Shown here piece after piece: positions 33,496 through 33,547 of a stretch of DNA of 33,547 nt; position 1 is the stretch's first letter; every line of letters begins with the position of its first letter. Source of the DNA: Gemmatimonadaceae bacterium (GTDB taxonomy: Bacteria > Gemmatimonadota > Gemmatimonadetes > Gemmatimonadales > Gemmatimonadaceae); NCBI GenBank assembly GCA_040902005.1, contig JBBDYA010000015.1, forward strand, positions 12,922 to 46,468, written 5' to 3'. The position numbers and the translations under genes are program-made. The notes beneath the pieces were generated by a model that was not told the DNA's origin, ran no database searches, and saw only the letters and a program-made list of their open reading frames with translations.

Positions 33496-33547
33496 TGCCC
33501 CTTGGTGTAACTGGCAACACGCCTGACTCTGGATCAGGAGAGTCCTG
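33496..33547 (+). tRNA. tRNA-Gln (anticodon CTG), truncated by the window end
   Basis: TGCCCCT-TG-GTGTAACTGGCAACAC D-arm, anticodon arm CCTGA-CTCTGGA-TCAGG. Confidence 0.9.

Noticed and set aside
31848..33547. Genomic island integrated at a tRNA
   Set aside because: No integrase and no duplicated tRNA 3' end noticed.

Overview
High-GC bacterial chromosomal segment; gene content and style suggest Gemmatimonadota (inference). It is mostly metabolic and housekeeping: a cyclophilin lipoprotein, a mycobacterial Sdh1-type succinate dehydrogenase operon with a fourth conserved-looking gene, LD-carboxypeptidase/rhodanese/Nudix, a DtxR/MntR regulator, acyl-CoA dehydrogenase, EamA, mgtE, a 3-HIBADH-family dehydrogenase, a class-V aminotransferase, rnz, a Thr/Ser dehydratase, tRNA-Ala(CGC) and a truncated tRNA-Gln(CTG). 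The standout is an operon at 14496-18698 that resembles a highly divergent copper membrane monooxygenase (pMMO/AMO) system. One membrane protein carries both PmoC-type metal motifs at the canonical spacing (D-x3-H-x12-H and D-x3-H-x13-H) fused to a PmoA-like C-terminal half. It is followed by a protein with PmoB-like topology (signal peptide, predicted mature N-terminal His, beta domain, 2 TM helices, His-rich periplasmic domains) and an orphan SURF1. Other notable items: a coupled N6-adenine methyltransferase + SNF2 helicase pair with no evident nuclease, sigma54-like motifs upstream of four scattered stress-type genes, a candidate sRNA after tRNA-Ala, a GCGAAGC mini-hairpin array, and several simple repeats. 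No CRISPR array, integrase or transposase was seen. All family calls come from motif recognition, not database searches.
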